Shown: one piece after another, positions 1-8,473 of the stretch
How the letters are laid out: every line of letters starts with the position of its first letter
Numbering within the stretch: position 1 is the stretch's first letter
Assembly: GCA_963704075.1 (NCBI GenBank)
Contig: CAVPGV010000010.1
Coordinates: 80,564-144,563, forward strand
Length of the DNA: 64,000 bases
Source: an uncultured Actinomycetota bacterium
GTDB taxonomy: Bacteria > Actinomycetota > Actinomycetes > S36-B12 > UBA10799
Reading direction: 5' to 3'
Program-made: the position numbers and the translations under genes
Notes under the pieces: model-generated
Databases searched by the model: none
What the model was told of the DNA's origin: nothing
Seen by the model: the letters and a program-made list of their open reading frames with translations, nothing else

Positions 1-1680
1 TTCCTGCTCGAACTCGAACTCGTGCAGACAGTCCGAGACTGAAGCCCGACAGACCGTCGATCTCCGGGGCTGAGGCGAGCTCCTTCAGCGTCTGTTGCGC
101 GACCCAGGCGTCCTGATGCTCCCCCAGAACCTCGGTGACTCCCGACAGCGCCTTGGCGAAGCTCTTGACGTCCTCGCCCATCACGGGGGCGACCGCTTCC
201 GCGGCGTACCGGGCCTTCTTCGCCCTGATACGCGCCTCGTGCCACGGGTGGGCTTCGCCATCGAGTTCCAGGAGTTTGACCTCCTTGCGCAACTTCTTCC
301 ACGCCTTCTCGACCAACGCCGGCAAGACGTCCTGGGCCGGGGCGTCGGCGGAGGCGTTCAGGCGCGGAGTGCGCGCCGCATCCACGAGGTTGTCGAGGAA
401 GTCCCGGTAGCGCTGCGAGACCATCGCCTTCAACGCGTGGTCGCGCGCGTCATGCCAGCGCTCGGACAACGCCGGATCAACCACCGCTCGGATGAGAGGT
501 GCGAAGTCCTCGCCCACTTCGTCGGCGTGATGGTCGATGCGGGCCTGCAGGACCTCCGTGTCGCGGCTCACGCCCAGTTCGCCGGCAATCCAGCCCAGCT
601 CGGTGCGCAAGGCCTCGGCCCATTCGACATCGAGCATCGGTTCGAAGACCTTGAGCCCGCTGCGTAGCCGCCGGGCGGCCACGCGCATCTGATGCACGCT
701 GTCGGGCAGGTCGCGTCGCACGCGGACGTCCTGGGTCAGAGAAGGCCCGGGCTGTGGCGGCGGATGTGGGCGGTGACCGCCGCTCCTGCCGGGTCCTGCG
801 GGCCGACGATCTGCGGGGCGGGCACGTCCGGCGGTTCCTGGGTGACGGGACCGAGCGTGGTCACCGCCTTGGGGGTTTCGTCGGGCCGGGCACCCAGCGC
901 CACGAACGAGGCCACGAGCGGCTCCAGCTGCGCGTCGTGCGTCAAAGCCACCAGCTGCAACTCGCGGAAACGGGCAGCGATGTGCTCACCGTCGAGCACC
1001 GAGACCGTGTCATCGAACAGTTCCGCGAAGGCCCGCCCCTGGGCGTCGTACAGCACGTACGGCGTGCGCTCGGTGCGCAGTTCAGCGACCGGCTTCACAT
1101 CGACGTTGCGCGCGTACGCCAGGACCAATTCCCGCATCTCGTGGGGCACATCGCCGACCTCCCCTGCTGACAGCGGCAGGTGGACCTCCTCCCGGACACC
1201 GCGCTGCGACTCCACCGGCAACTGCAGATGCCAGCCCTCATCGACGCCACCCTGCCGCCGGCGCAGTGTCACGTCCCAGCGCGCGAGGCGCAGATCGTCG
1301 GTGTCGTGGTAGACCGCCGACAGGTTGCGCATGACCTGACGCTTGGCCCGCGAGACCCCGTTGTCGGCCGCTGAGAGGTCCGGCAGTCGGAACAAGCCAT
1401 GGACCCGCAGGGTGTGCGTGGCGATGGAACCGTCGGGCTCGGTGGGGGCGTCGTCCTCGGCGGCGGATGGACTCACTGCAGTTTCCGGGTCCACCTGCGG
1501 CGGTTCCAGACCCACCTCGGCGTGGTCGATCGTGACCACATCCACCGGCGGGCTGACCTCGACAGCGTCTTCGGGAGCCTGGTAGATCTCATCAGCCGGG
1601 TCGTCCGGCAGTTGCGCCACGCGGGTATCGGGCGGTGTCGGATCCTCAAGCGCCTCGTCCGGATCGCCCATCACTGTCAT
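1..1680 (-). pseudogene. CYTH-CHAD two-domain protein (polyphosphate-associated family); 3' end outside the window; frame broken near 738-745
   Basis: ORF 736..1680(-) has the CYTH core (AVYHDTDDLRLARWDVTLRRRQGGVDEGWHLQLP, FRELQLVAL). My translation of the minus strand below 736 gives an open CHAD-type frame to the window edge (LTQDVRVRRDLPDSVHQMRVAARRLRSGLKVFEPML ... RIRAKKARYAAEAV). The two halves are in different frames. The ATG overlaps the ppk stop (ATGA, 1677-1680). Confidence 0.7.
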
Positions 1681-3781
1681 CCTCCGCGTAGGTGCTTGCG
1701 CCGGATCATGTACGCCTGGAAGTCCTCCAGGCGGCCATCGGGCGCCTCATTGTGGATCCATTCTCCGTCAGGCTCCAGATCCCACGCCGAGGTACCCGGA
1801 TCGAAGGCCTTGTCGAGGATCTCACCCACGTAGGCGATTTGATCCGGGCCCTGCAACGACACGAGCGTTTCCACGCGTCGGTCCAAGGTTGCGGTGCATG
1901 AGGTCCGCAGAGCCGATCCACACCTCCGGATCCCCGCCGTTGAGGAACTCATACGCCCTGGAGTGTTCCAGGAAGCGGCCCAGGATGCTGCGGACCCGCA
2001 GGTTCTCGCTCATGCCGGGCACCTGCGGGCGGATCGCGCAGATCCCGCGGACCAGGACGTCCACCGGCACGCCTGCCATGGAGGCGCGGTACAGGGCGTC
2101 GATGACCTTCTCATCGACGATCGAGTTGCACTTGAACCGGACCCGGGCCGGCAGTCCCGCTTCGTGGTTGGCGATCTCCTTGTCGATGCGCTCGAGCAGC
2201 CCTTTGCGGATCGAGTGCGGAGCTACCAGCAGGCGGTGGTACTCGGTGTGCATCGAGTAGCCCGAGAGCTGGTTGAACAGGTTCGCGACGTCCTGGCCGA
2301 CCTGATCGTCGACGGTCAGCAAACCGAAGTCCTCGTAGAGGCGGGCGGTCTTCGGGTGGTAGTTCCCGGTGCCGATGTGGCAGTAGCGCCGGAGCCGCTC
2401 ACCGTCGTCGCGCACGACCATCGACAACTTGCAGTGGGTCTTCAGGCCGACCAGCCCGTAGACCACGTGCACACCGGCACGCTCGAGTTTTCGGGCCCAC
2501 TTGATGTTGGCGCTCTCGTCGAAACGGGCCTTGATCTCGACCAGGGCCAGAACCTGTTTGCCGGCCTCCGCCGCATCGATCAGGGCGTCGATGATCGGCG
2601 AGTCGCCCGAGGTCCGGTACAGCGTCTGCTTGATCGCCAGCACCTTCGGGTCAGCGGCCGCCTGCTCCAGGAAACGCTGCACACTGGTGGAGAACGAGTC
2701 GTACGGGTGGTGCAGCAGCACGTCGGACTGCCGCATCGCCTCCAGCACGTTGGGCGCGCTGGCACTCTCCTTGTTCTGCATCAACGCAGCGGTTGGTCTT
2801 CGGCACGAACGCCGGGTCGGACAGGTCCTCGCGGTTGAGCCCGACGAACGCCCACAGCCCGCGCAGGTCCAGCGGCCCGGGCAGCACGAACACCTCGTTG
2901 TCGGCGACTCCGAGTTCACGGATCAGCAGATCCAGCACGTGCTGGTCGATGGTCTGCTCAACCTCCAGACGGACCGGCGGGCCGAAACGACGTTTGCTCA
3001 GTTCCCGCTCGAGGGCTTTGAGCAGGTTCTCGGCGTCGTCCTCCTCGACTTCCAGATCCTCGTTGCGGGTCACCCGGAAGACGTGGTGCTGCAGCACGTC
3101 CATGCCGGGGAACAGCAGGTCGAGGTGCTCGGCGATGACATCCTCCAGCGGTACGAAGCGCGAGTTGCCCACCGCCAGGAATCGGTCCAGCGAGGGCGGC
3201 ACCTTGACCCGGGCGAACAACTCGGAGCCCGTCTGCGGATTGCCCACGACCACGGCGAGGTTCAGCGACAACCCCGAGATGTAGGGGAACGGATGTGCCG
3301 GGTCGACGGCCAAAGGGGTGAGCACCGGGTAGATCTTGTCCCGGAACAACGTCGCGAGTTTGCGCCGGTCCTCGTCGTCGAGTTCGGACCAGCGGACCAA
3401 CGTGATGCCCTCGGCGGCCAGCGCCGGCCGGACCTCGTCACTCCAACACTCGGCCTGTCGGCGCATGAGGTCATGGGCGTGCACCAGCACCGCGTCGTGG
3501 ACCTCGCGGGGGAGCAGCCCACTGGCCGCGCGCACGGCGATCCCCGCGGCGATGCGGCGCTTGAGTCCAGCCACCCGCACCATGAAGAACTCGTCGAGGT
3601 TGGAGGCGAAGATCGCCAGGAACTTGGCGCGTTCCAGCAGCGGCAGGTCCTCGTTCTCGGCGAGCTCCAGTACTCGCTGGTTGAAGGCCAGCCAGCTCAA
3701 CTCGCGATCGATGAACCGATGTTCTGGCAACTCGGGTGGATCGCCGACCCCGTCGGAGGTCTGGGCGGTGGCGCTGGTCAT
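1677..3781 (-). pseudogene. ppk: polyphosphate kinase 1 (PPK1), reading frame interrupted twice as sequenced
   Basis: Three minus-strand ORF pieces join into one PPK1. Piece 1: [45 protein letters not shown] (frame of ORF 2651..4693). Piece 2: [85 protein letters not shown] (ORF 1822..2919). Piece 3: [19 protein letters not shown] (ORF 1677..1952). The frame switches near 2790-2797 and 1884-1890. Each is repaired by removing one base, giving a product of about 700 aa. Confidence 0.85.
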
Positions 3782-4710
3782 GTCCCCCAGCGTGCCAGAA
3801 ACCCCACGGGGGTTCCCAGCCGAGGCTGCCGCATACTGCGCATCGCAGTCCGAGCGCGCGAAACCCAGCCGGGTGTAGAGCGCCACGGCTGAAGAATTGT
3901 CGGCATCGACGTAGAGCATCACGTCGTGCAGACCCAGGCCTTGCAGGTACTGCAGGCCGGCGACCGTCAACGCCGATCCGAGGCCGGTCCCCCGCGCCCG
4001 TGGCGCCACCCCGAGCACGTAGACCTCGCCGGTCCGCTCATGGGCGTGCTCGCTGCCGCCGTGCACCTTCGTCCAGTGGAAACCGACCAGGCCCTCGTCG
4101 TCGAAGGCCAGCAGAAAGCCCTCTGGATCGAACCAGGGCTGTTTGACGCGTTCGGCCAGGTCATCGGCGGTCCACCCACCTTGGTCGGGCAGGTCCGCGA
4201 ACGCAACGGCGTTGAGCTCCAGCCATGCCGCCGCGTCCTGCGGATTGAACGGGCGTACCTGCACACCCTCGGGCAGCTGCAGGTCCGGCAGGTCCTGCAG
4301 GTGCGTGTGTAGCGGCACAGCAACCGGACCTGATGCAGGCCCGCCCCCGTGGCCAGCGCATTCGCGGCCGGCAACTGCCCGTGCGCCCACAGACGGACCC
4401 CCGGACCGCCAGCGGACAGGATGTCCTCCAGCAGTGCCGAGCCGATCCCACGGCCTCGCGCACCCGGATCCACGAGGAACTCCGCGACCGGTTCTTCCCC
4501 GGCGGACAGGAACGCGTAGCCCACGATCTGCCCATCCTCCTGGGCCAGCGCGTGCCGCTCCTGGTTCCCGCCTCCGGCCAGCAGATGTAGATAGGTGTGC
4601 TCGGAGATCGCCGAGACCCCGTCCGCGTCGCTGACCCGGTCGAGCATGACGTCGACAGCCGCGACCTGTGACTCGGTCAGTCGTTCCTGCCACGTGATCG
4701 GGACACTCAC
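3778..4710 (-). pseudogene. mshD: mycothiol synthase (MshD, tandem GNAT acetyltransferase); one frame break and no in-frame stop as sequenced
   Basis: N-half in ORF 3967..4710(-): [43 protein letters not shown]-half in the frame of ORF 2651..4693(-): [95 protein letters not shown]. The frame switches near 4318-4326 (one base missing). The C-half frame runs into the ppk ATG without a stop. The GTG start overlaps the glnR stop (GTGA 4707-4710). Confidence 0.8.
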
Positions 4711-5405
4711 GACGTGAACTCCGACTCCAGGTCGGTGCGCGGTGGCACCAGGCGGTAGCCCACGTTTCGCACTGTGCCGATCATCGCCTCGTACTCGGGT
4801 CCCAGTTTGGCCCGCAGCCGACGCACGTGGACGTCGACGGTACGGGTGCCCCCGAAGTAGTCATAGCCCCACACCTCTTGCAGCAGTTGTTGCCGGGTGT
4901 AGACCCGGCCCGGGTGCTGGGACAGGTACTTCAGCAGTTCGAACTCCTTGTAGGTGAGATCCAGCACCCTCCCGCGCACGCTGGCGGTGTAGCTGGACTC
5001 GTTGATGAGCAGTTCGCCATGTTGGATCTCCGGGTCGATGTCCTGCTCGGCCGCGGTGAGCTTGCCGAGAGCCAGTCGGAAACGGGCCTCGAGCTCGCCT
5101 GGTCCGGCGGTGTCAAGAAGGATGTCGTCGATGCCCCAGTCGGCCGAGACGGCGGCCAGACCACCCTCGGTGACGATGAGCAGGACTGGCAGGTCCGAGC
5201 CGGTCGCTTTGAGGACCCGGCACAGACCCCGGGAGCCCGGCAGGTCGCGACGGCCGTCGACGAGGATCAATTCGGCGTGCGGGGCGTCGAGCAGGGCCGC
5301 GGCTTCGGCTGGGAGAACCCGCACTTGATGCGACAACAGGCCCAGCGCGGGCAGCACGTGGTCACTCGGTTCGACCGCATCGGTCATCAGCAGAAGACTG
5401 CTCAT
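4707..5405 (-). CDS. glnR: OmpR-family orphan response regulator, GlnR-type nitrogen regulator
   Basis: ORF 4707..5465(-), start taken at MSSLLLMTD (5405). Receiver-like N-domain plus winged helix ([64 protein letters not shown]). These blocks closely match actinobacterial GlnR as I remember it. It lies next to mshD, as in Mycobacterium. Confidence 0.8.
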   Translation of the reverse strand: MSSLLLMTDAVEPSDHVLPALGLLSHQVRVLPAEAAALLDAPHAELILVDGRRDLPGSRGLCRVLKATGSDLPVLLIVTEGGLAAVSADWGIDDILLDTAGPGELEARFRLALGKLTAAEQDIDPEIQHGELLINESSYTASVRGRVLDLTYKEFELLKYLSQHPGRVYTRQQLLQEVWGYDYFGGTRTVDVHVRRLRAKLGPEYEAMIGTVRNVGYRLVPPRTDLESEFTS

Positions 5406-5515
5406 CGCGCCACCTCTTGCGTACACGATATGGCAGAGGCCGGGTTCGCACGGATCGGGCCGCACGGCGGCGCTCGGCAGTCGCCGTTGATCCGCATCGA
5501 TGCCGGACCACGCCT

Positions 5516-5953
5516 CTACGCCGGGATCGCCTCGCCCAGGGCGGAGATGACGTCGGCTTTGCGGGGCTGACCCGACGCCCGGCGGACGATGCCGCCGTCG
5601 GCGTCCAGGACCAGCACCGTCGGCGTGCGGGAGATGTTCAACTCTCGGGCGAGGTCGAGGTATTCGTCCACGTCGAGGTCGAGGTGACGGACCCCCGGCA
5701 CCATCTGGGCGACCTCTTCCAGGATGCGGCGGGTAGCGCGACAGGGCGCACAGAACGCGGACGTGAACTGCACGAGGGTGGCCTGCTCGCCGAGTTCGCC
5801 ACCGAGCTGTGACGCGGTCAGCCGGTCACCGGCCGACCGCTGGTTGCGCAGACGGCCATTGGCGACCCGGTGCCACACACCGAATGCGACCAGCATTCCG
5901 CCGACCACGAGGAGAATCCACACACCGGACATGTTGTGCAAAACACCTCCCAT
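5516..5953 (-). CDS. membrane-anchored thioredoxin-like protein
   Basis: ORF 5516..6013(-). One N-terminal TM helix ([17 protein letters not shown]), then a thioredoxin fold with a CAPC redox motif ([18 protein letters not shown] .. [11 protein letters not shown]). Start uncertain; 5953 or 5932 is more likely than 6013. Confidence 0.7.
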   Translation of the reverse strand: MGGVLHNMSGVWILLVVGGMLVAFGVWHRVANGRLRNQRSAGDRLTASQLGGELGEQATLVQFTSAFCAPCRATRRILEEVAQMVPGVRHLDLDVDEYLDLARELNISRTPTVLVLDADGGIVRRASGQPRKADVISALGEAIPA

Positions 5954-6076
5954 GGCACGGACATTCCCACCGCGCGGTTTATCCTTGACGAACGGCCCGA
6001 CCGTGGAATGCATGACACGGTTTTCGGGTTATCCCCATCAGCACCCACCACGTCGATCGACTTGAGAGAGACCATA

Positions 6077-6583
6077 GTGATAGACCCCCGCGGTACCCGC
6101 TTCTCCGCTGCCATCACCAGCGGAGTCCTGGCTCTGGTCATCGTGACCACACCGGGTCCTGTCGCCGCCCTCCTGCTCAGCCTGCAGACTCTGGTCTTCG
6201 CCTTCGGCGCCATCCTCGGCCCGAGTGCGCAGCCGTACGGCTGGTTGTTCAAGAAGGTCGTGCGTCCCCGCCTCAAGGCCCCCTCGCACACCGAGGACGT
6301 CCTGCCCCCGCAGTTCGCGCAGGCGATCGGCCTCGGCTTCGCCCTGGCAGCCAGCATCAGCATGCTGTTCGGCTGGACCCTGGGCGTGTGGATCTTCGCC
6401 GGGTTCGCCCTGTTCGCGGCTTCGTTGAACGCCGTCTTCGGGTTCTGCCTCGGCTGTGAGATCTACCTGCGGGTGCGCAAGTTCATCCCCGCCGCGGCGA
6501 TGCCGACGCAGCTGGACGAGCCCCTCGTCGATGTGCGGCACAGCGCGGAGGTTCGCGACCAGACGTCCCCGAGCCTGGGATGA
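6077..6583 (+). CDS. DUF4395 membrane protein (SseC-like)
   Basis: ORF 5870..6583(+), start taken at GTG 6077 (VIDPRGTRFSAAITSG), with ATG 6008 as alternative. Several TM helices and a C-terminal FGFCLGCEIY motif typical of DUF4395. The stop overlaps the next start (ATGA 6580-6583). Confidence 0.65.
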   Translation: MIDPRGTRFSAAITSGVLALVIVTTPGPVAALLLSLQTLVFAFGAILGPSAQPYGWLFKKVVRPRLKAPSHTEDVLPPQFAQAIGLGFALAASISMLFGWTLGVWIFAGFALFAASLNAVFGFCLGCEIYLRVRKFIPAAAMPTQLDEPLVDVRHSAEVRDQTSPSLG

Positions 6584-6927
6584 GCACGCGGCTCGTCGTG
6601 CACCTGACGACCGACGAGCCGGAGAAAGCCGCGACCGCCCTGACCGTGGCGATGACCGCGGCGGCCGGCGGGGCGACGGTCGATCTGTGGCTGTCGGGAC
6701 CGGCCACGATGTTCGCAGTGGTGGACCGCGCGCCCCGGCTCGACCTGGAACTCGCCCCGGACCCGCAGCAGGCGCTGGCGCTGGTCTCATCGGTGTCCGT
6801 GTGCAGCCAGTGCGCGGCTCGGCGGGGCTTGCGCGACGACGATCTGCAGGCCGGTGCCCGCATCGCCGGGGCGACGAGCCTGGTCGAGGTGCTACTGACG
6901 GACGGAACACAGGTGGTCACGTACTGA
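6580..6927 (+). CDS. DsrE/DsrF-like sulfur-relay family protein
   Basis: 115 aa. MSTRLVVHLTTDEPEKAATALTVAMTAAAGG and a late CSQC motif; size and pattern match the DsrE-like family. Translationally coupled to the DUF4395 gene. Confidence 0.6.
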   Translation: MSTRLVVHLTTDEPEKAATALTVAMTAAAGGATVDLWLSGPATMFAVVDRAPRLDLELAPDPQQALALVSSVSVCSQCAARRGLRDDDLQAGARIAGATSLVEVLLTDGTQVVTY

Positions 6928-6977
6928 CGATGCGTCCATGTGCAGCGTGACCCGCGGCCGATCGCGCATCCACGCAC

Positions 6978-6983
6978 TAGGCT
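6978..6983 (+). promoter_or_regulatory. candidate -10 hexamer (TAGGCT) positioned for a leaderless transcript starting at ATG 6990
   Basis: A TANNNT-type hexamer ends 6 nt before the A of ATG 6990. There is no Shine-Dalgarno sequence in between. No convincing -35 element was seen. Confidence 0.3.
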
Positions 6984-6989
6984 GTAGCC

Positions 6990-7088
6990 ATGACCGAGTT
7001 TTTCTTCACGTCGCTGCTGGTGCTGGTGACGCTGGTAATCGTGTGGTTCTCCGTGTACGTGCTCTACCGCTTGTTCAAGAGTGACTAG
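6990..7088 (+). CDS. 32-aa hydrophobic peptide (single TM helix)
   Basis: My own reading: ATG 6990 to TAG 7086-7088 gives MTEFFFTSLLVLVTLVIVWFSVYVLYRLFKSD. It is below the ORF-track size cut-off. Its TAG overlaps the GTG start of the next gene (TAGTG). Confidence 0.45.
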   Translation: MTEFFFTSLLVLVTLVIVWFSVYVLYRLFKSD

Positions 7089-7597
7089 TGGACCTCCCTG
7101 ACGAAGTCCTGCCGCTGTCCTGGCTGTTGGGCCACTGGGTCGGCGTCGGCACTGGCCATTACCCCACGATCGAGGACTTCCGCTTCGGCCAGGAACTCTC
7201 GTTCACTTGCGACGGTCGCCCCTTCATCGCGCTGAACTCCCGGTCGTGGATCCTCGATGACCAGGGCAACCGGGTCCGTCCCGGCGCCACGGAATCGGCG
7301 TTCTTCCGCCCCCGTCCCGACAACCAGTTCGAGGCCCTCTTCAGCCATCCCACCGGTTTTGCGGAGGTGTGGCACGGACGCGTGACCATCGCCGACATCC
7401 AGGACGCCCGCATCACGCGGGCGAGTCTGGAAATGACGACCGACACGGTCATGCGCACCGAGAGCGCCAAGGAGTACATCGGCGGCCAGCGGCTCTACGG
7501 CTTGGTGCCCGACGGCGACCTGGCATGGACGTTCGATATGAGTGCGATGGGCGAACCCTTGACCAATCACCTGGCCGCCAAACTCCAACGCGTGTGA
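7088..7597 (+). CDS. nitrobindin / FABP-like heme-binding beta-barrel protein (UPF0678)
   Basis: 169 aa. LPLSWLLGHWVGVGTGHYPTIEDFRFGQELSF..FFRPRPDNQFEALFSHPTGFAEVWHG is the signature of the Rv0813c/Rv2717c-type family. Confidence 0.8.
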   Translation: MDLPDEVLPLSWLLGHWVGVGTGHYPTIEDFRFGQELSFTCDGRPFIALNSRSWILDDQGNRVRPGATESAFFRPRPDNQFEALFSHPTGFAEVWHGRVTIADIQDARITRASLEMTTDTVMRTESAKEYIGGQRLYGLVPDGDLAWTFDMSAMGEPLTNHLAAKLQRV

Positions 7598-8022
7598 GCG
7601 ACCGTTTCGAGGCCCGACTGCGCGACGGCGGCTACCGGCGCACGGATCAGCGTCGCGACGTGTGGGAGACGGTGGAGCGCCTGCGCCACGCGACCCCTGA
7701 CCAGATCGCGGCGCAGTTGCCCGGCGTCGACACGTCCACCGTGTACCGAGCGCTCGACGTCCTGCTCGATGTGGGCCTGATCACCCACACCCACATCGGG
7801 CATGGTGCCCCGGTCTACCACGCCGTCGACCCCACCCCGCACATGCACCTGGTGTGCCAACGATGCGGCGCCCAGGCATCGGCCAGCCTGGCACTGGCTG
7901 ACACGCTCAGGCAGGCCCTTCTGCGTGAACACGGCTTCGCCGCCGATCTCGACTACATCGCTCTGCCGGGTCTGTGCGCCGAATGCCGAAATCCCGGGCC
8001 TGCTCAGCCATCCGGTGAGTGA
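7594..8022 (+). CDS. Fur-family metalloregulator
   Basis: The in-frame GTG at 7594 overlaps the upstream stop (GTGA). Winged-helix N-domain (RRTDQRRDVWETVERLRHATPDQIAAQL..STVYRALDVLLDVGLI). Metal-site motifs HTHIGHG, HMHLVCQRCG and CAECR. Confidence 0.75.
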   Translation: MSDRFEARLRDGGYRRTDQRRDVWETVERLRHATPDQIAAQLPGVDTSTVYRALDVLLDVGLITHTHIGHGAPVYHAVDPTPHMHLVCQRCGAQASASLALADTLRQALLREHGFAADLDYIALPGLCAECRNPGPAQPSGE

Positions 8023-8070
8023 CCTGCCGACTTCCGGCCACGGAGCCCACTGGTCGACCTCGCTGCGTGG

Positions 8071-8246
8071 ATCGGGGAGAGTCTCAATGACCTGGCGGCC
8101 ACGATCTGATGCGTGAAGTGTGGTCTCAGCACTTGCTGGAGGTGGTTGCCCGACGACTGTTACCTCTACCTCACGGACGTTATTGAAACGGCACGACCAC
8201 GTAGCTGAAGGTCACGTAAGGGGAATGCTGCGTGTTTGCGCCGGGG
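8071..8246. repeat. local direct repeat, copy A1 (~176 bp)
   Basis: ATCGGGGAGAGTCT..CCTGGCGGCCACGATCTGATGC..GGAGGTGGTTGC.CGACGACTGTTACCTC.ACCTCACGG..CTGCGTGTTTG.GCCGGG recurs 403 bp downstream at 8474-8647. By eye, roughly four fifths of positions are identical. Confidence 0.85.
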
Positions 8247-8261
8247 CGGGAGCAGGGCGAC

Positions 8262-8392
8262 TCATGCCGAGGCGTGAGAGTTGGGTACAGGCGTTGGAGA
8301 TCGGTACAGGCGTTGGAGATCCGCGGGCCGCGCAACTCCAACGGTTGTGCGTTTGTCCAACGTCTGTACCCAACTCCAACGCCTGCGCAGGC
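8262..8392. repeat. REP-like nested palindrome made of 19-bp CGTTGGA units, copy E1
   Basis: Left arm: GGTACAGGCGTTGGAGATC x2, plus a degenerate third unit. Centre: CCGCGGGCCGCG. Right arm: GCAACTCCAACGGTTGTGC, GTTTGTCCAACGTCTGTAC, CCAACTCCAACGCCTGCGC. Confidence 0.9.
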
Positions 8393-8473
8393 GCGGGAGT
8401 CGGGCGCCGATTGAGCGCCGGAGCGTTACCAGGACGAGCGTGATGGTTTGCGGCCGAAGCGGTCGGACCGCAA

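Noticed and set aside
2651-4693. 680-aa minus-strand ORF that could be read as one large protein
   Set aside because: It is a chimera. Its first ~150 codons are an off-frame reading of the mshD N-half. Then comes the true MshD C-half, then the PPK N-terminal part (no stop between them), and finally an off-frame tail after the ppk frame break.
8190-8215. Possible GlnR box (GTNAC-N6-GNAAC) inside the A repeats
   Set aside because: Only half-sites are present (GAAAC in copy 1, GTAAC-N6-TCAC in copy 2). They are not conserved between the two copies.
8071-8246. 176-bp repeat considered as a folate-related riboswitch (ZTP/pfl or THF), because ygfZ is folate-linked
   Set aside because: Only short chance resemblances are present (GGAGAGU, UGACCUGGCGG). 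The conserved 3' CCGCCUGGGC-type element of ZTP and the P1/P2 pairing of THF riboswitches are absent, as far as I can reconstruct the consensus from memory.
8232-8414. ORFs crossing the CGTTGGA palindromes (8232-8414, 29914-30369, 35506-35796, 51010-51552, 17149-18417 N-part)
   Set aside because: Their translations are just repeated readings of the 19-bp unit (..QALEIG.., ..RWRS.., ..PTPV..). The same DNA is open on both strands because it is palindromic.
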